From NCBI GenBank assembly GCA_964401875.1, contig CAYOAB010000001.1:1-44712 (forward strand): a DNA stretch of 44,712 nucleotides, given 5' to 3'. This DNA is from Candidatus Micrarchaeota archaeon (GTDB lineage Archaea > Micrarchaeota > Micrarchaeia > CAILAH01). Position 1 is the stretch's first letter. Every line of letters begins with the position of its first letter. Made by a program: the position numbers and the translations under genes. Below the pieces are notes generated by a model that was not told the DNA's origin, did no database searches, and saw only the letters and a list, made by a program, of their open reading frames with translations. Positions 16,543 to 25,672 of this stretch are shown here, piece after piece.

Positions 16543-17122
16543 AAACTTGCGAATAAACATAACATATTTTTTTGTACATTAAACTTTCCTTTATTTCACT
16601 TAATTCTTTAATACATGAAAAATAATACCATTTAACTTCCCCTTTCGGAACAGAAAATTTGCCCCATATTTTTTCCTCTTCCTTTAAACAAGAAAGATCA
16701 TTTAAAATAGAAGTTAAGTTAGATAATTTATCCGCACAAAGTAAATATTTACCATTCTTATTTAGATCTTTTACATGATTAATTGTATGTAATTTCCTTT
16801 CCTTCCAAGTATCAATTCTACAAATACATTTCTTTCTTAAATCTTCAGGTTCAGAAGCATTAAATACATAATCGCGAACTTTTTTACCAAATTTAAGTTC
16901 AATTTCATCAAATGAAACATTAACATCTTCATTGACATCATGTAAAAGCCCTCCTATTATAACATCATCATCAATAGAGGAATCTCTTTCACGTTCATAA
17001 TAGAGGATAAACATAACATCAAATAAATGAACAATATAAGGGATTTTTGAAGTTTTTCTATAGTGGCCTGAATGTTTTTCATATACAAAATTAATGGCTT
17101 CTTGGACCCTATCGGAATACAT
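16523..17122 (-). CDS. HD-domain metal-dependent phosphohydrolase (RelA/SpoT-hydrolase-like HD_4)
   Basis: H...HD signature (YIVHLFDV ... GGLLHDVNED). About 199 aa. Its 3' end overlaps the convergent uppP by 20 nt. Confidence 0.65.
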   Translation of the reverse strand: MYSDRVQEAINFVYEKHSGHYRKTSKIPYIVHLFDVMFILYYERERDSSIDDDVIIGGLLHDVNEDVNVSFDEIELKFGKKVRDYVFNASEPEDLRKKCICRIDTWKERKLHTINHVKDLNKNGKYLLCADKLSNLTSILNDLSCLKEEEKIWGKFSVPKGEVKWYYFSCIKELSEIKESLMYKKICYVYSQVFKEEIN

Positions 17123-17177
17123 ATAAATAAAATAAGGGAAACATTTTTTAAATATTTATAGTTTAAATGAATTTATC

Positions 17178-17264
17178 TTTTAGGATATGCGAAGCAACCG
17201 AAAAAGGCCAATGTGTCTTTTTCCCTGGGATTTTTAGGATATGCGAAGCAACCGAAAAAGGCCA
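17178..17264 (+). repeat. 33-bp direct repeat x2 (TTTTAGGATATGCGAAGCAACCGAAAAAGGCCA) abutting tRNA-Thr
   Basis: Identical copies at 17178-17210 and 17232-17264, separated by the 21-nt ATGTGTCTTTTTCCCTGGGAT. The second copy ends exactly at tRNA-Thr position +1. Confidence 0.85.
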
Positions 17265-17338
17265 GCCTCAGTAACTCAGCACGGTAGAGTGCGTCCTTGG
17301 TAAGGACGAAGCCGTGGGTTCAAATCCCATCTGAGGCT
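17265..17338 (+). tRNA. tRNA-Thr(GGU), no intron
   Basis: Acceptor GCCTCAG/CTGAGGC. D-arm ACTC-AGCACGGTA-GAGT. Anticodon arm CGTCC-TTGGTAA-GGACG. Variable loop AAGCC. T-arm GTGGG-TTCAAAT-CCCAT. Discriminator T. 74 nt. Confidence 0.9.
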
Positions 17339-17355
17339 CTTTTTCTACATATATT

Positions 17356-17796
17356 TTATAATAAGTTTTGTAATTTTTCATATATTTCCTTTGGTTTAGC
17401 TGGTCTAAATAAGAAATTATCGAAATAATTTAATGTTTTATAATTCAAACCCGATTCTGCATTTGTAATTAATAACGATTGAATTTCAGAATTTAAAGAT
17501 TCTTTTTTAATTTCATTTATTAATTCAATTCCATTTTTCTCTTTAAAAAAGTAATCTAAAATTACAACATCAAATTTTTCATTTCTTAATTGCCTTAATC
17601 CTTCCGCTGGTGTTTTACATAAAACACAATTAGGGAGTAATGATTTGTAATATTTTAAATGTAAATCATTATTTTCAATTGCTAAAATTTTCGTATCACT
17701 AAATAAATTTTTGAATTCTTTAGATTGATTTGAAATATATTTTTTTGTTATAACTTTAACATTTGGATTTCTATCTTTCCTTGGTTTAATCTCCAT
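17356..17796 (-). CDS. stand-alone response-regulator receiver (CheY-like) domain protein
   Basis: REC pattern: KILAIENND, the phospho-acceptor context FDVVILDYFF, LLITNA and FLFRPAKP. There is a ~35-aa basic N-terminal extension and no output domain. Confidence 0.6.
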   Translation of the reverse strand: MEIKPRKDRNPNVKVITKKYISNQSKEFKNLFSDTKILAIENNDLHLKYYKSLLPNCVLCKTPAEGLRQLRNEKFDVVILDYFFKEKNGIELINEIKKESLNSEIQSLLITNAESGLNYKTLNYFDNFLFRPAKPKEIYEKLQNLL

Positions 17797-17848
17797 GGCT
17801 TATGATTAAATATTAATGTTTAAAAAGCTTACTATTTCATTATAAAAT

Positions 17849-18163
17849 ATGAATATTATATACAAAATACCCAACCAACATAAAGTAGCAGCAATTAACA
17901 TAATGGATGCAGATAAGTATGGAGAATATTCTTTCGCAAAAGCAGGATATATAATTAAAGATGGGGAACAGTACGGAATTGAAAAACATACACTTATTGT
18001 AATTAGAAATGTAAGTGAAGAATTTGTTAAACATTCTAAAGAAAAACTTAAAGATATTGAAAATCTTGAAACTCTTGAACAAGGAAAAGTTAATGAAATC
18101 GTAAAAAGTATTGTAGAAGAAGAGGAAAAAGCTCAAAGTGGTTTTGGTGCAATCTTTGGATAA
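17849..18163 (+). CDS. hypothetical protein (104 aa) with acidic linker and ribosomal-stalk-like C-terminal peptide
   Basis: Ordinary composition, whereas the overlapping minus-strand ORF is Phe/Ile-rich junk. It ends in EEEEKAQSGFGAIFG. Confidence 0.65.
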   Translation: MNIIYKIPNQHKVAAINIMDADKYGEYSFAKAGYIIKDGEQYGIEKHTLIVIRNVSEEFVKHSKEKLKDIENLETLEQGKVNEIVKSIVEEEEKAQSGFGAIFG

Positions 18164-18824
18164 AATTGATTTTATATACAATAAATTGTATAAAGAATAT
18201 GGGCCACAAGGTTGGTGGCCGCTTATTAATTATAAGGGAATAAATCCCACTAAAACAGGAAGTGTTAATGGGTATCATCCAGGTAAATATGGATTTCCAA
18301 AAAATGAAAAAGAGATATTTGAGATTTGTTTAGGTGCAATATTAACACAAAATACAAGTTGGCCTAACGTTGAGAAAGCGTTAATTAATTTGAATAAAGA
18401 AAAATTGTTGGGTCCAAAGAAAATATTGGAAAGTGAAGAAAAAATAGTAAAAGAATGTATAAGGCCAGCAGGGTATTATAATCAGAAATATAAAAAAATA
18501 ATTATTTTTTGTGATTTTTTTATTTCGCTTAGAGGGAGAACACCTAAAAGAAAGGAATTGTTAAATTTGTGGGGAATTGGTGATGAAACTGCAGATTCAA
18601 TTTTACTTTACGCTTATAGAAAACCTGTATGGGTTATGGATACATATACAAAAAGAGTTTTTGAAAGAGTAGGAATTAATATTGAACAAAAGAAAAAAAT
18701 GAAATATGAGAAAATGAATGAAATTCATGCATTACTTGTGGAACATTGTAAAAGAATTTGTTTAAAGAAAAAACCTAAATGCGAAGATTGTAAAATTAAA
18801 GAAATTTGTTTATTTTATTTTTAA
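18138..18824 (+). CDS. endonuclease III-related HhH-GPD DNA glycosylase-family protein with 4Fe-4S cluster loop
   Basis: YGPQGWWP N-terminal motif and an HhH region (LLNLWGIGDETADSILLYA). C-terminal C-x6-C-x2-C-x5-C (CLKKKPKCEDCKIKEIC). The start is uncertain: GTG 18138, GTG 18147 and TTG 18156 are all possible. Confidence 0.75.
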   Translation: MVLVQSLDKIDFIYNKLYKEYGPQGWWPLINYKGINPTKTGSVNGYHPGKYGFPKNEKEIFEICLGAILTQNTSWPNVEKALINLNKEKLLGPKKILESEEKIVKECIRPAGYYNQKYKKIIIFCDFFISLRGRTPKRKELLNLWGIGDETADSILLYAYRKPVWVMDTYTKRVFERVGINIEQKKKMKYEKMNEIHALLVEHCKRICLKKKPKCEDCKIKEICLFYF

Positions 18825-19203
18825 TTTCAATAATTTCCTCTTTTGTTAATTCCTCACGTTCGGGAACCTTATCAGTTAAGGAAATATAACTTCTAGTATT
18901 AATTTTTGTTGGAACTAAATGAATGTGTAGATGAGGAAGAGAACGACCATTGATTGGGTTTATTGTGATTATGGGGTAATCTCCATATGTTTTCTTTATT
19001 ATTTCAGAAAAAATTTCAACTAAATCAAACATGTCTTTTGCTTCTTCTTGTGTTAAATCATTATATTTTTCAACATGTCTAAGAGGCATTACCATCAAGT
19101 GGCCTTTCTTTAGGGAATGTAAATTAATTGCAACCTGTGAATATTTAGTTTTATGAACTAATGTTTCTTGTTTTTCTAAATCATCGCAAAATGGACAATT
19201 CAC
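18796..19203 (-). CDS. HIT-family (histidine triad) nucleotide hydrolase/transferase
   Basis: Histidine triad HLHIHLVP and N-terminal CPFC. It overlaps the upstream HAD gene by 4 nt, suggesting an operon. Confidence 0.8.
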   Translation of the reverse strand: MNCPFCDDLEKQETLVHKTKYSQVAINLHSLKKGHLMVMPLRHVEKYNDLTQEEAKDMFDLVEIFSEIIKKTYGDYPIITINPINGRSLPHLHIHLVPTKINTRSYISLTDKVPEREELTKEEIIEIKNKINKFL

Positions 19204-20294
19204 ATAATAACCTCCTGTACCTTATAATAATCAATTAAATTATTATTTCTAATTGAAGCTACAATTAAATCCTTTCTAACTTTACGAGAATATTCTTTTA
19301 TTTTTTCTAAGTATTCCCAATTTAAATTTTCTGAAATAATCACAACATATTCACTTTGAGAATTTTTTGGCATCATGCCTTTTTCATGAACAAGAAATAA
19401 ATCTTCAGAAGGAACATAGTTTGAAACATGTATTTTATCTCTTAAATCCTTGAAAACCAAATATCTTTCTTTAAGAAATTTATCTTTGTTTACCTTTTTT
19501 AGTGCATCGGATTTGATTTTTTTAAGTTCAGTTAAATAAGCTGCTTGTAAAATGTCAACATAATATGAATTGTTTTTTGGATAACCTATACCTCTTCCCT
19601 TTAATTCATCAACTAAAGAACCTTCAATTTTATGTTCATATTTTCCTGAAATCCAATTAACAGTGTTAAGTATAAATAAAGGGTTTAAACAAACATAATC
19701 GGCATTAACCTCCCTTAACAAATCAGCACTAAAAGTGTTAACCACACCTATAGTAATCATGCCTGCTCTTTTACCTGAAATTACACCATTAGGAGAATCT
19801 TCAACCACTATACATTCTTCTTTAGGGACATTTAATTTTTTTCTTGCAGTTTCATAAGGAATAGGTGAAGGTTTACCTTCATTCACATCATTACTTGTTA
19901 TAACAAAATCAAAATAATTCTTAATATTACATCTTTCTAAAGTTAAATTAACAAGTGAGGAATGTCCTGAAGTTACAATAACTAAAGTATGTTCTTTTTT
20001 TAACTCTTTTAGTACTTTTTTGATGTTATCTAAAAGTTTAATTTTAGATTTTTTAAAATAATTAATTTTTTCTTGTAAAAAATCTTGAGAAGTAATATTC
20101 AAATTAAAAATCTTGATATATAAATCAAAAACATCCATTTGTCTTAAACCCGTTGTTTCAGTTAACTTGAAAGATCCTTTTTTTAATTCTTCTTTAAAGT
20201 CAATATTATATTTTTTAAGTATGAATTCATCTGCCTTATTATGTAAAAGTTCAGTGTCTGTCAAAGTTCCATCTAAATCAAATAAAATATACAT
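19200..20294 (-). CDS. HAD-superfamily hydrolase (subfamily IA, beta-PGM-like) fused to an uncharacterised ~160-aa C-terminal domain
   Basis: HAD motifs are FDLDGTLTDT (I), IVTSG (II), EGKPSP (III) and VVEDSPNGVISGKRAGM (IV). The C-terminal half was not recognised. Confidence 0.7.
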   Translation of the reverse strand: MYILFDLDGTLTDTELLHNKADEFILKKYNIDFKEELKKGSFKLTETTGLRQMDVFDLYIKIFNLNITSQDFLQEKINYFKKSKIKLLDNIKKVLKELKKEHTLVIVTSGHSSLVNLTLERCNIKNYFDFVITSNDVNEGKPSPIPYETARKKLNVPKEECIVVEDSPNGVISGKRAGMITIGVVNTFSADLLREVNADYVCLNPLFILNTVNWISGKYEHKIEGSLVDELKGRGIGYPKNNSYYVDILQAAYLTELKKIKSDALKKVNKDKFLKERYLVFKDLRDKIHVSNYVPSEDLFLVHEKGMMPKNSQSEYVVIISENLNWEYLEKIKEYSRKVRKDLIVASIRNNNLIDYYKVQEVIM

Positions 20295-20315
20295 AAATAA
20301 AATAAGAAGAAAAAA

Positions 20316-21059
20316 TTAATTAACTGTAACCGTTCCTGTTGCTTTCAATAGATTACCAGCCAACCAAAACATTCTATAAGTAAATGAATTAGTTGCAGTA
20401 AATTCAACGGTAAATGATTGATTGGGTTTTAATGATGGAGAATCTTTCCATCCAGGACTTAATATTCTTACACCATTTGGATGTGAATTTTCACCTGCTT
20501 TAAAGTTAATAACCACAATATCTCCTTTAGTTACATCAATATTACTTGGAATTAAATCTGTGTCTGAAATTTCAACATTAAATGTTCTTACATTTTTACC
20601 ATCTTCAGTTAAAACATTCAAAACAGCTTCTTCACTCCAATAATATTCTCCTTCAAATACAATTAAACCACGAGCATAATACTTACCTGGAGCATCAATA
20701 ACAACATAAGATTCATAATTGTTATTTTTAGAAGTGGATTGAACAAAAGAATCACTTGAGTAAATATAATCCATAGGGTATTTGGAAGGACTTGTAGATT
20801 TATCCCACACATAAACGAAAAGTTTATCTGCTACATTATTAACCTCTTTAACTTCAATTACAAACTTTGCTCCTTCTTTAGCGTTTAACTCTAACGGATA
20901 ATCTATAAACCTAATTTCAGGAATTATTTTTTCTTCTTCAATAATAGGTATAACAATTTCCTCTTCAGTTTCATTGGCTAATGGAGGTTGTTCTTCAGGT
21001 AGTGCAAGACAACCAAACATAAATATACTTATGAACAATAATGCTAATACATTCTTCAA
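20316..21059 (-). CDS. secreted/lipoprotein-like protein with C-terminal cupredoxin-like beta domain (tentative)
   Basis: Signal peptide with a lipobox-like FGC. The C-terminal ~90 aa resemble a cupredoxin-like sandwich (IDVTKGDIVVINFKAGENSHPNGVRI...), but clear Cu ligands are not evident. Confidence 0.45.
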   Translation of the reverse strand: MKNVLALLFISIFMFGCLALPEEQPPLANETEEEIVIPIIEEEKIIPEIRFIDYPLELNAKEGAKFVIEVKEVNNVADKLFVYVWDKSTSPSKYPMDYIYSSDSFVQSTSKNNNYESYVVIDAPGKYYARGLIVFEGEYYWSEEAVLNVLTEDGKNVRTFNVEISDTDLIPSNIDVTKGDIVVINFKAGENSHPNGVRILSPGWKDSPSLKPNQSFTVEFTATNSFTYRMFWLAGNLLKATGTVTVN

Positions 21060-21152
21060 TAAATCACCTTTCAGTATATTATTTAAGTATTTATATTTTA
21101 ACCTTTCGTTCGAAAAACTTAATTTAAATAATTATCAGCAGAATACTATTTT

Positions 21153-24100
21153 ATGAGTGGAGATGGAGTTAATAGAACTAATGAAATACTTAATAAAAAG
21201 TTAGAATACTGGAAAGGAAAATTACTTGATATATCTCTAAAAAATAAACTTATAAATTTCAAAGAAAAATCTTCAGTCATACCTTTAATTATAAAAGAAG
21301 AAAATGAATTCCATAATATTTATGATTTGATTGTCAATAAAAATAAAAAATTATCATTAGCAATTAACTCTGAAAAAACTAATGTTTATAATGTAAACTT
21401 GTCGGAAAAGGAAGCTAAAAATAGGTTATATAACGTATATTTGAGTAGTAAAGAAAGTTTATCGGAACAAACAATCAACACTTTGTATATGACATTTGGT
21501 TTTTTAGAATATGAAGATTCTGAAACAAATACAAAAATTAAAGCTCCTTTAATTCTGGTGCCTATTAAAATTGAAAAAAGAAAGGAAATTGAAAAAGAAA
21601 AATTACCTTATGTAATATATTTCTTAGAAGATGATATACAAATTAACCCTGCTTTGAGACAAAAATTAATATACCAAAACAATTTAGACATAGGAGAAGA
21701 TTTTGAAACACTTGATTTATTTTTTGAAAAAATTCAAAAGGAAGTTGAAAAATATAATTGGAAAGTTACAAAAAATGAAATTTATTTTGGTATATTTTCA
21801 TTTCAAAAATTATCAATGTATCAAGATTTGAGTAGGAATAAAGAACTTATAATTAATCATCCAATCATTAAAGCAATAGCAGGAGAAAAATATGAATATG
21901 ATTATACTAAAATAATTCACGGTAAAGAAATTGATAAAATTAATATGAAAGAGAATCTGTATGTTTTAGATGCAGATTCAAGCCAAAAGGAAGCAATAAT
22001 TGCCGCTAAGAATGGTTTAAGTTTTGTTTTACAAGGTCCACCAGGAACTGGAAAAAGTCAAACTATAGCCAACATCATAGCTCAACAATTAGCAGAAGGT
22101 AAAAAGGTTTTGTTCGTTAGTGAAAAATCTGCTGCACTTGAGGTAGTTAAAAAAAGATTAAATGAAACGGGGATAGGTCATTATTTACTTGAATTACATA
22201 ACGCAAATATTAAAGGTAAAAAATGGGTTCTCGAACAATTTGATAGAGCATTAAGTGATAATAAAATATATGAAATTGAAAAGAATATTATAGAAACACT
22301 TGAAGAAAATAGAAAAATACTTAGAGAATATGGAGAAGAATTAATTGAAAGTAAAATTGAGTTAAATGCTTATGAAGTCTTAGGAATACTTTCAAAACAT
22401 AGTAATATTAAATTTGCAGATATGGAAATTAACTTGAAAACTGATTATGAATATTATAGAAAAAATATTGTGGTTTTTGAAGAACTTGATTTTTATGAAA
22501 AACAAATAGAACAGTATAATACTAATTTGTTAAGGTATATTAATAACAAATTGTACAATGAATTTACAGATATTAAAAGAGAAAGATTAAAGGAAAATTG
22601 TGAATCTGCTCTCGAAAATATTGAATATATGAAAATAGACCTCGATAATATTGAAAAGAATTTGGGACTATATTTTACATGTGTTGAAGATTTTAGAACT
22701 TTAAACAAAAAAAGAGATTTATTATTGGCTAAACCTTCTAATAACTTAACACGTGAATTTTTTACATATGAGGGAGGAACAGAAATATTTGATAACTTTG
22801 ATAAAAAAACTGAGGAAATAAAAGCCTTGAAAATATATTTTGAAAAAAAATATAATATAGAATTATTTAAAAGTGAAATGTTTAAAGAAATATATTCAAA
22901 CATTTCTAATGCAAGTTCATTTTTCCTTTTTAGAATAGTGGATAGTAATTATATAAGATCTGAAAAAATAATTAAAAAGAATTACAAGGGAGATAAAAAA
23001 CATTTCAATTATGAGAACATTTTACAAGATTTAAAACAATATAAAACTTGTGAAAAATTAGAGGTAGAAATTAAAGAAGAAGAAAAGAGAATTAAAGAAA
23101 TGTTAAATATTAAGGAAGTTAATGTAAAGGAAATAAAAGAAATAATAAGTTGGATAAAAGAACTTAAAAAAGAAAATATAATTAATTCAAGATTGATTGA
23201 AACACTTGTAAAAAATACTGATGATTATAAAAAAGAATTTGATAAAACAGTAAAAAGTGTGGACAACTTCATGAATTATTATCTTAAAATAACAGATTTC
23301 CTTGAAGTTCAAGCTGTTGAAAAATATTTCTTGAGAGCATCATGGAATAAATTAGATGAACGTTTTAAAAACATAGAAGAAAATTCAAATGAAATATCAA
23401 AATGGGTTGAATTTAAGAACACTTTAGATAAGTTAGATAGTGATTTAAAATTAATTTTTGAAAAGGCAACGAAAGATGAAAAGAGAAATTATAAAGTAAG
23501 TGAATTGTTTGAAAAATTGTTTATGCAAGAATATTTGTTCAGAATGAGATTAGATTTAGTTAAAAAGAGTAGAGAATATTTAGATATGGTTCATAAAAAA
23601 TTCGTGAACGCGGATAAAGAACATATGTATTATTCAAGAAATTCTATAATCAAACAAATTGAAACTAAAAAACCTAAAATAAGTTTAAGCTCTGGAAGTT
23701 CTGAAATTGGAATTTTAAAAAGAGAAATTGCTAAAAATAGAAGTCATATGCCAATGAGAAAATTATTTAATGAAATTAAAAATTTGGCTTTCTTAATTAA
23801 ACCTTGTTTTATGATGAGTCCATTATCAGTAGCTAAATATGTAGATCCAGAGGTTATGGATTTTGATACTGTGATATTTGATGAAGCATCACAAATTATG
23901 GTGGAAGATTCTATTAGTTCAATATATAGAGGAAAACAAGTTATTGTAGTGGGAGACTCAAAACAATTACCGCCAACAATGTTCTTTAAAGTAAATGAAG
24001 ACCTTGATTTAGAAGAAGATTTAGAACAAGCAACAAGTATATTAGATGAAATTGGACCTTACTTACCTAATCACTTATTAAAGTGGCATTATAGAAGTAA

Positions 24101-25661
24101 AAATGAATCTTTAATCAACTTTTCAAATTATAATTTTTATAATAACTCACTTGTAACTTTCCCAAATAATAAAGTTAATGATTTCGCAATTGATTATGAA
24201 TATGTGGATAATGGTGTTTATGATAGAGGAAAAAGTAGGTATAATAAAAATGAAGCAAGAAGAGTAATTGAATTAATTAAAAAACATTATGACACTAATC
24301 CAAAAAAGAGTTTAGGAATTATTGCATTTAGTATGGCACAACAAAAATGTATACATGAAGAATTAGAAATGTTTTTATTTGAAAATCCAATTTATTTAAG
24401 ATACATTAATTTAGATGATACCATTGATGGTTTCTTCGTTAAAAATCTTGAAACAGTACAAGGAGATGAAAGAGATTCAATTATAATTAGTGTTGGTTAT
24501 GGCAGGGATATGGAAGGAAACTTTTCACTTAATTTTGGTCCCTTAAATAAAGAAGGGGGAGAAAAAAGATTAAATGTTGCAATTACAAGGGCAAAAGAAA
24601 AAGTTACTATTGTTTCTTCAATTAATCCAAGTGAAATTAATGAGGGTAGAACTAAATCAGAAGGATTAATTTTACTTAGAAAATATATGGAATATGCAAA
24701 TAAAAAAGAATCTGAAATAATTAAAAGACATAATTTTGAATCTGAATTACAAAAAATAATGTATGAAAAATTAACTTCTTATGGTTTTAAGATTGATAAA
24801 AATGTAGGTAATTCTGATTATAATATAGATATTGCAATTAAAGATTTTGTAAATCCAAACGTTTACAAATTGGCATTACAACTTGATGGTAAAATGTATA
24901 TTAATTCAAAGGTCACTAGAGACAGGGATAGAATTCATTCAGAAATATTAGAAAATATGGGATGGAAAGTTCATAGAATTTGGTCATATGATTGGATGTT
25001 AAACCCTGAAAAGGAAATTGAAAAAATACTTGAACTTATGGATAATAAAATTAAACTTGAAGATATGAAAAAGGAAAATAAAAAACAATCCATTGAAATT
25101 AAAGATGAGGATTTATCAATTGCAATAAAAGAATATCCTAATATAGATTACAAAAAGTTAGATAAAGAAACATATTATGAATTTGATTTCTTTTCAAAAA
25201 TAAAAGAAGTTATCAAGAATGAATCTCCTATAACTAAAACACTTTTAATGAAAAGAATATTTGATATATATGGAGTTAAAGAAGGAGTAAAAAGTAAAAA
25301 AAGATTTGATGAAATAATTACAACTCATGTACCCTCAACAGAAATATTTATGGAAAAAGAAACATTATGGTTTGAAAAGCCTAAATTCTTTTATAATTTA
25401 AGAAAAAATGTTAAAGGTGAAAGAGACATAAATGAAATGACAGAACCTGAAATTAGAATTGGTATTTTATTAATAGTAGATACTGCAATAAGTATATCAA
25501 AAGAAGACATTCCAAAAGATGTCGCTAATTTATTTAATGTACCTAAAATGTCCGCTAAATTTAAAGCTAAATGTAAAATATTAATAGATGAATTAATAGA
25601 GAAAAAATATTTAATAAATGGAGAAAAAATTACTCTTAATAAAGAAAAAGAAATAGCATAA
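21153..25661 (+). CDS. large SF1 (Upf1/Dna2-like) helicase: DUF4011-type N-terminus, AAA_11/AAA_12 core, Vsr/DUF559-like nuclease-fold module, DUF3320-like C-terminus
   Basis: N-terminal LLDISLKNKLINFK (DUF4011-like). Walker A is GPPGTGKSQ, motif II is VIFDEASQI and motif III is VVGDSKQLPPT. Further motifs are YRSKNESLINFSN, TVQGDERDSIIIS and RLNVAITRAKEKV. These are followed by a PD-(D/E)xK-like IDIAIKD...LALQLDGKMY...HRIWSYDW segment. Confidence 0.8.
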   Translation: MSGDGVNRTNEILNKKLEYWKGKLLDISLKNKLINFKEKSSVIPLIIKEENEFHNIYDLIVNKNKKLSLAINSEKTNVYNVNLSEKEAKNRLYNVYLSSKESLSEQTINTLYMTFGFLEYEDSETNTKIKAPLILVPIKIEKRKEIEKEKLPYVIYFLEDDIQINPALRQKLIYQNNLDIGEDFETLDLFFEKIQKEVEKYNWKVTKNEIYFGIFSFQKLSMYQDLSRNKELIINHPIIKAIAGEKYEYDYTKIIHGKEIDKINMKENLYVLDADSSQKEAIIAAKNGLSFVLQGPPGTGKSQTIANIIAQQLAEGKKVLFVSEKSAALEVVKKRLNETGIGHYLLELHNANIKGKKWVLEQFDRALSDNKIYEIEKNIIETLEENRKILREYGEELIESKIELNAYEVLGILSKHSNIKFADMEINLKTDYEYYRKNIVVFEELDFYEKQIEQYNTNLLRYINNKLYNEFTDIKRERLKENCESALENIEYMKIDLDNIEKNLGLYFTCVEDFRTLNKKRDLLLAKPSNNLTREFFTYEGGTEIFDNFDKKTEEIKALKIYFEKKYNIELFKSEMFKEIYSNISNASSFFLFRIVDSNYIRSEKIIKKNYKGDKKHFNYENILQDLKQYKTCEKLEVEIKEEEKRIKEMLNIKEVNVKEIKEIISWIKELKKENIINSRLIETLVKNTDDYKKEFDKTVKSVDNFMNYYLKITDFLEVQAVEKYFLRASWNKLDERFKNIEENSNEISKWVEFKNTLDKLDSDLKLIFEKATKDEKRNYKVSELFEKLFMQEYLFRMRLDLVKKSREYLDMVHKKFVNADKEHMYYSRNSIIKQIETKKPKISLSSGSSEIGILKREIAKNRSHMPMRKLFNEIKNLAFLIKPCFMMSPLSVAKYVDPEVMDFDTVIFDEASQIMVEDSISSIYRGKQVIVVGDSKQLPPTMFFKVNEDLDLEEDLEQATSILDEIGPYLPNHLLKWHYRSKNESLINFSNYNFYNNSLVTFPNNKVNDFAIDYEYVDNGVYDRGKSRYNKNEARRVIELIKKHYDTNPKKSLGIIAFSMAQQKCIHEELEMFLFENPIYLRYINLDDTIDGFFVKNLETVQGDERDSIIISVGYGRDMEGNFSLNFGPLNKEGGEKRLNVAITRAKEKVTIVSSINPSEINEGRTKSEGLILLRKYMEYANKKESEIIKRHNFESELQKIMYEKLTSYGFKIDKNVGNSDYNIDIAIKDFVNPNVYKLALQLDGKMYINSKVTRDRDRIHSEILENMGWKVHRIWSYDWMLNPEKEIEKILELMDNKIKLEDMKKENKKQSIEIKDEDLSIAIKEYPNIDYKKLDKETYYEFDFFSKIKEVIKNESPITKTLLMKRIFDIYGVKEGVKSKKRFDEIITTHVPSTEIFMEKETLWFEKPKFFYNLRKNVKGERDINEMTEPEIRIGILLIVDTAISISKEDIPKDVANLFNVPKMSAKFKAKCKILIDELIEKKYLINGEKITLNKEKEIA

Positions 25662-25672
25662 GGAGATGTAAA

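Noticed and set aside
17840-18278. ORFs 17840-18181 (-) and 18090-18278 (-)
   Set aside because: They are Phe/Ile/Asn-rich shadow ORFs opposite the 104-aa protein and the EndoIII-like gene.
19200-19690. Riboflavin-kinase identity for the HAD C-terminal domain, prompted by GSLVDELKGRGIGYPKNN and the plant FMN hydrolase/riboflavin kinase fusion
   Set aside because: Only one short G-R-G-x-G-x-P-like string matches, and the rest of the riboflavin-kinase signature is absent. I left the domain uncharacterised.
22493-22903. 136-aa ORF (-) inside the helicase gene, and similar internal antisense ORFs (2767-2952, 6250-6468, 6640-6852, 7680-7907, 7983-8174, 8047-8247, 8629-8979, 9180-9428, 11635-11817, 13507-13815, 15545-15796, 20113-20319, 20422-20643, 20974-21156, 26305-26499, 27626-27919, 31350-31553, 32120-32383, 33066-33263, 34184-34381, 35276-35563, 42150-42341, 42304-42579)
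   Set aside because: All lie within or opposite longer ORFs that have clear family motifs. AT-rich DNA yields long antisense frames, and their compositions are low-complexity.
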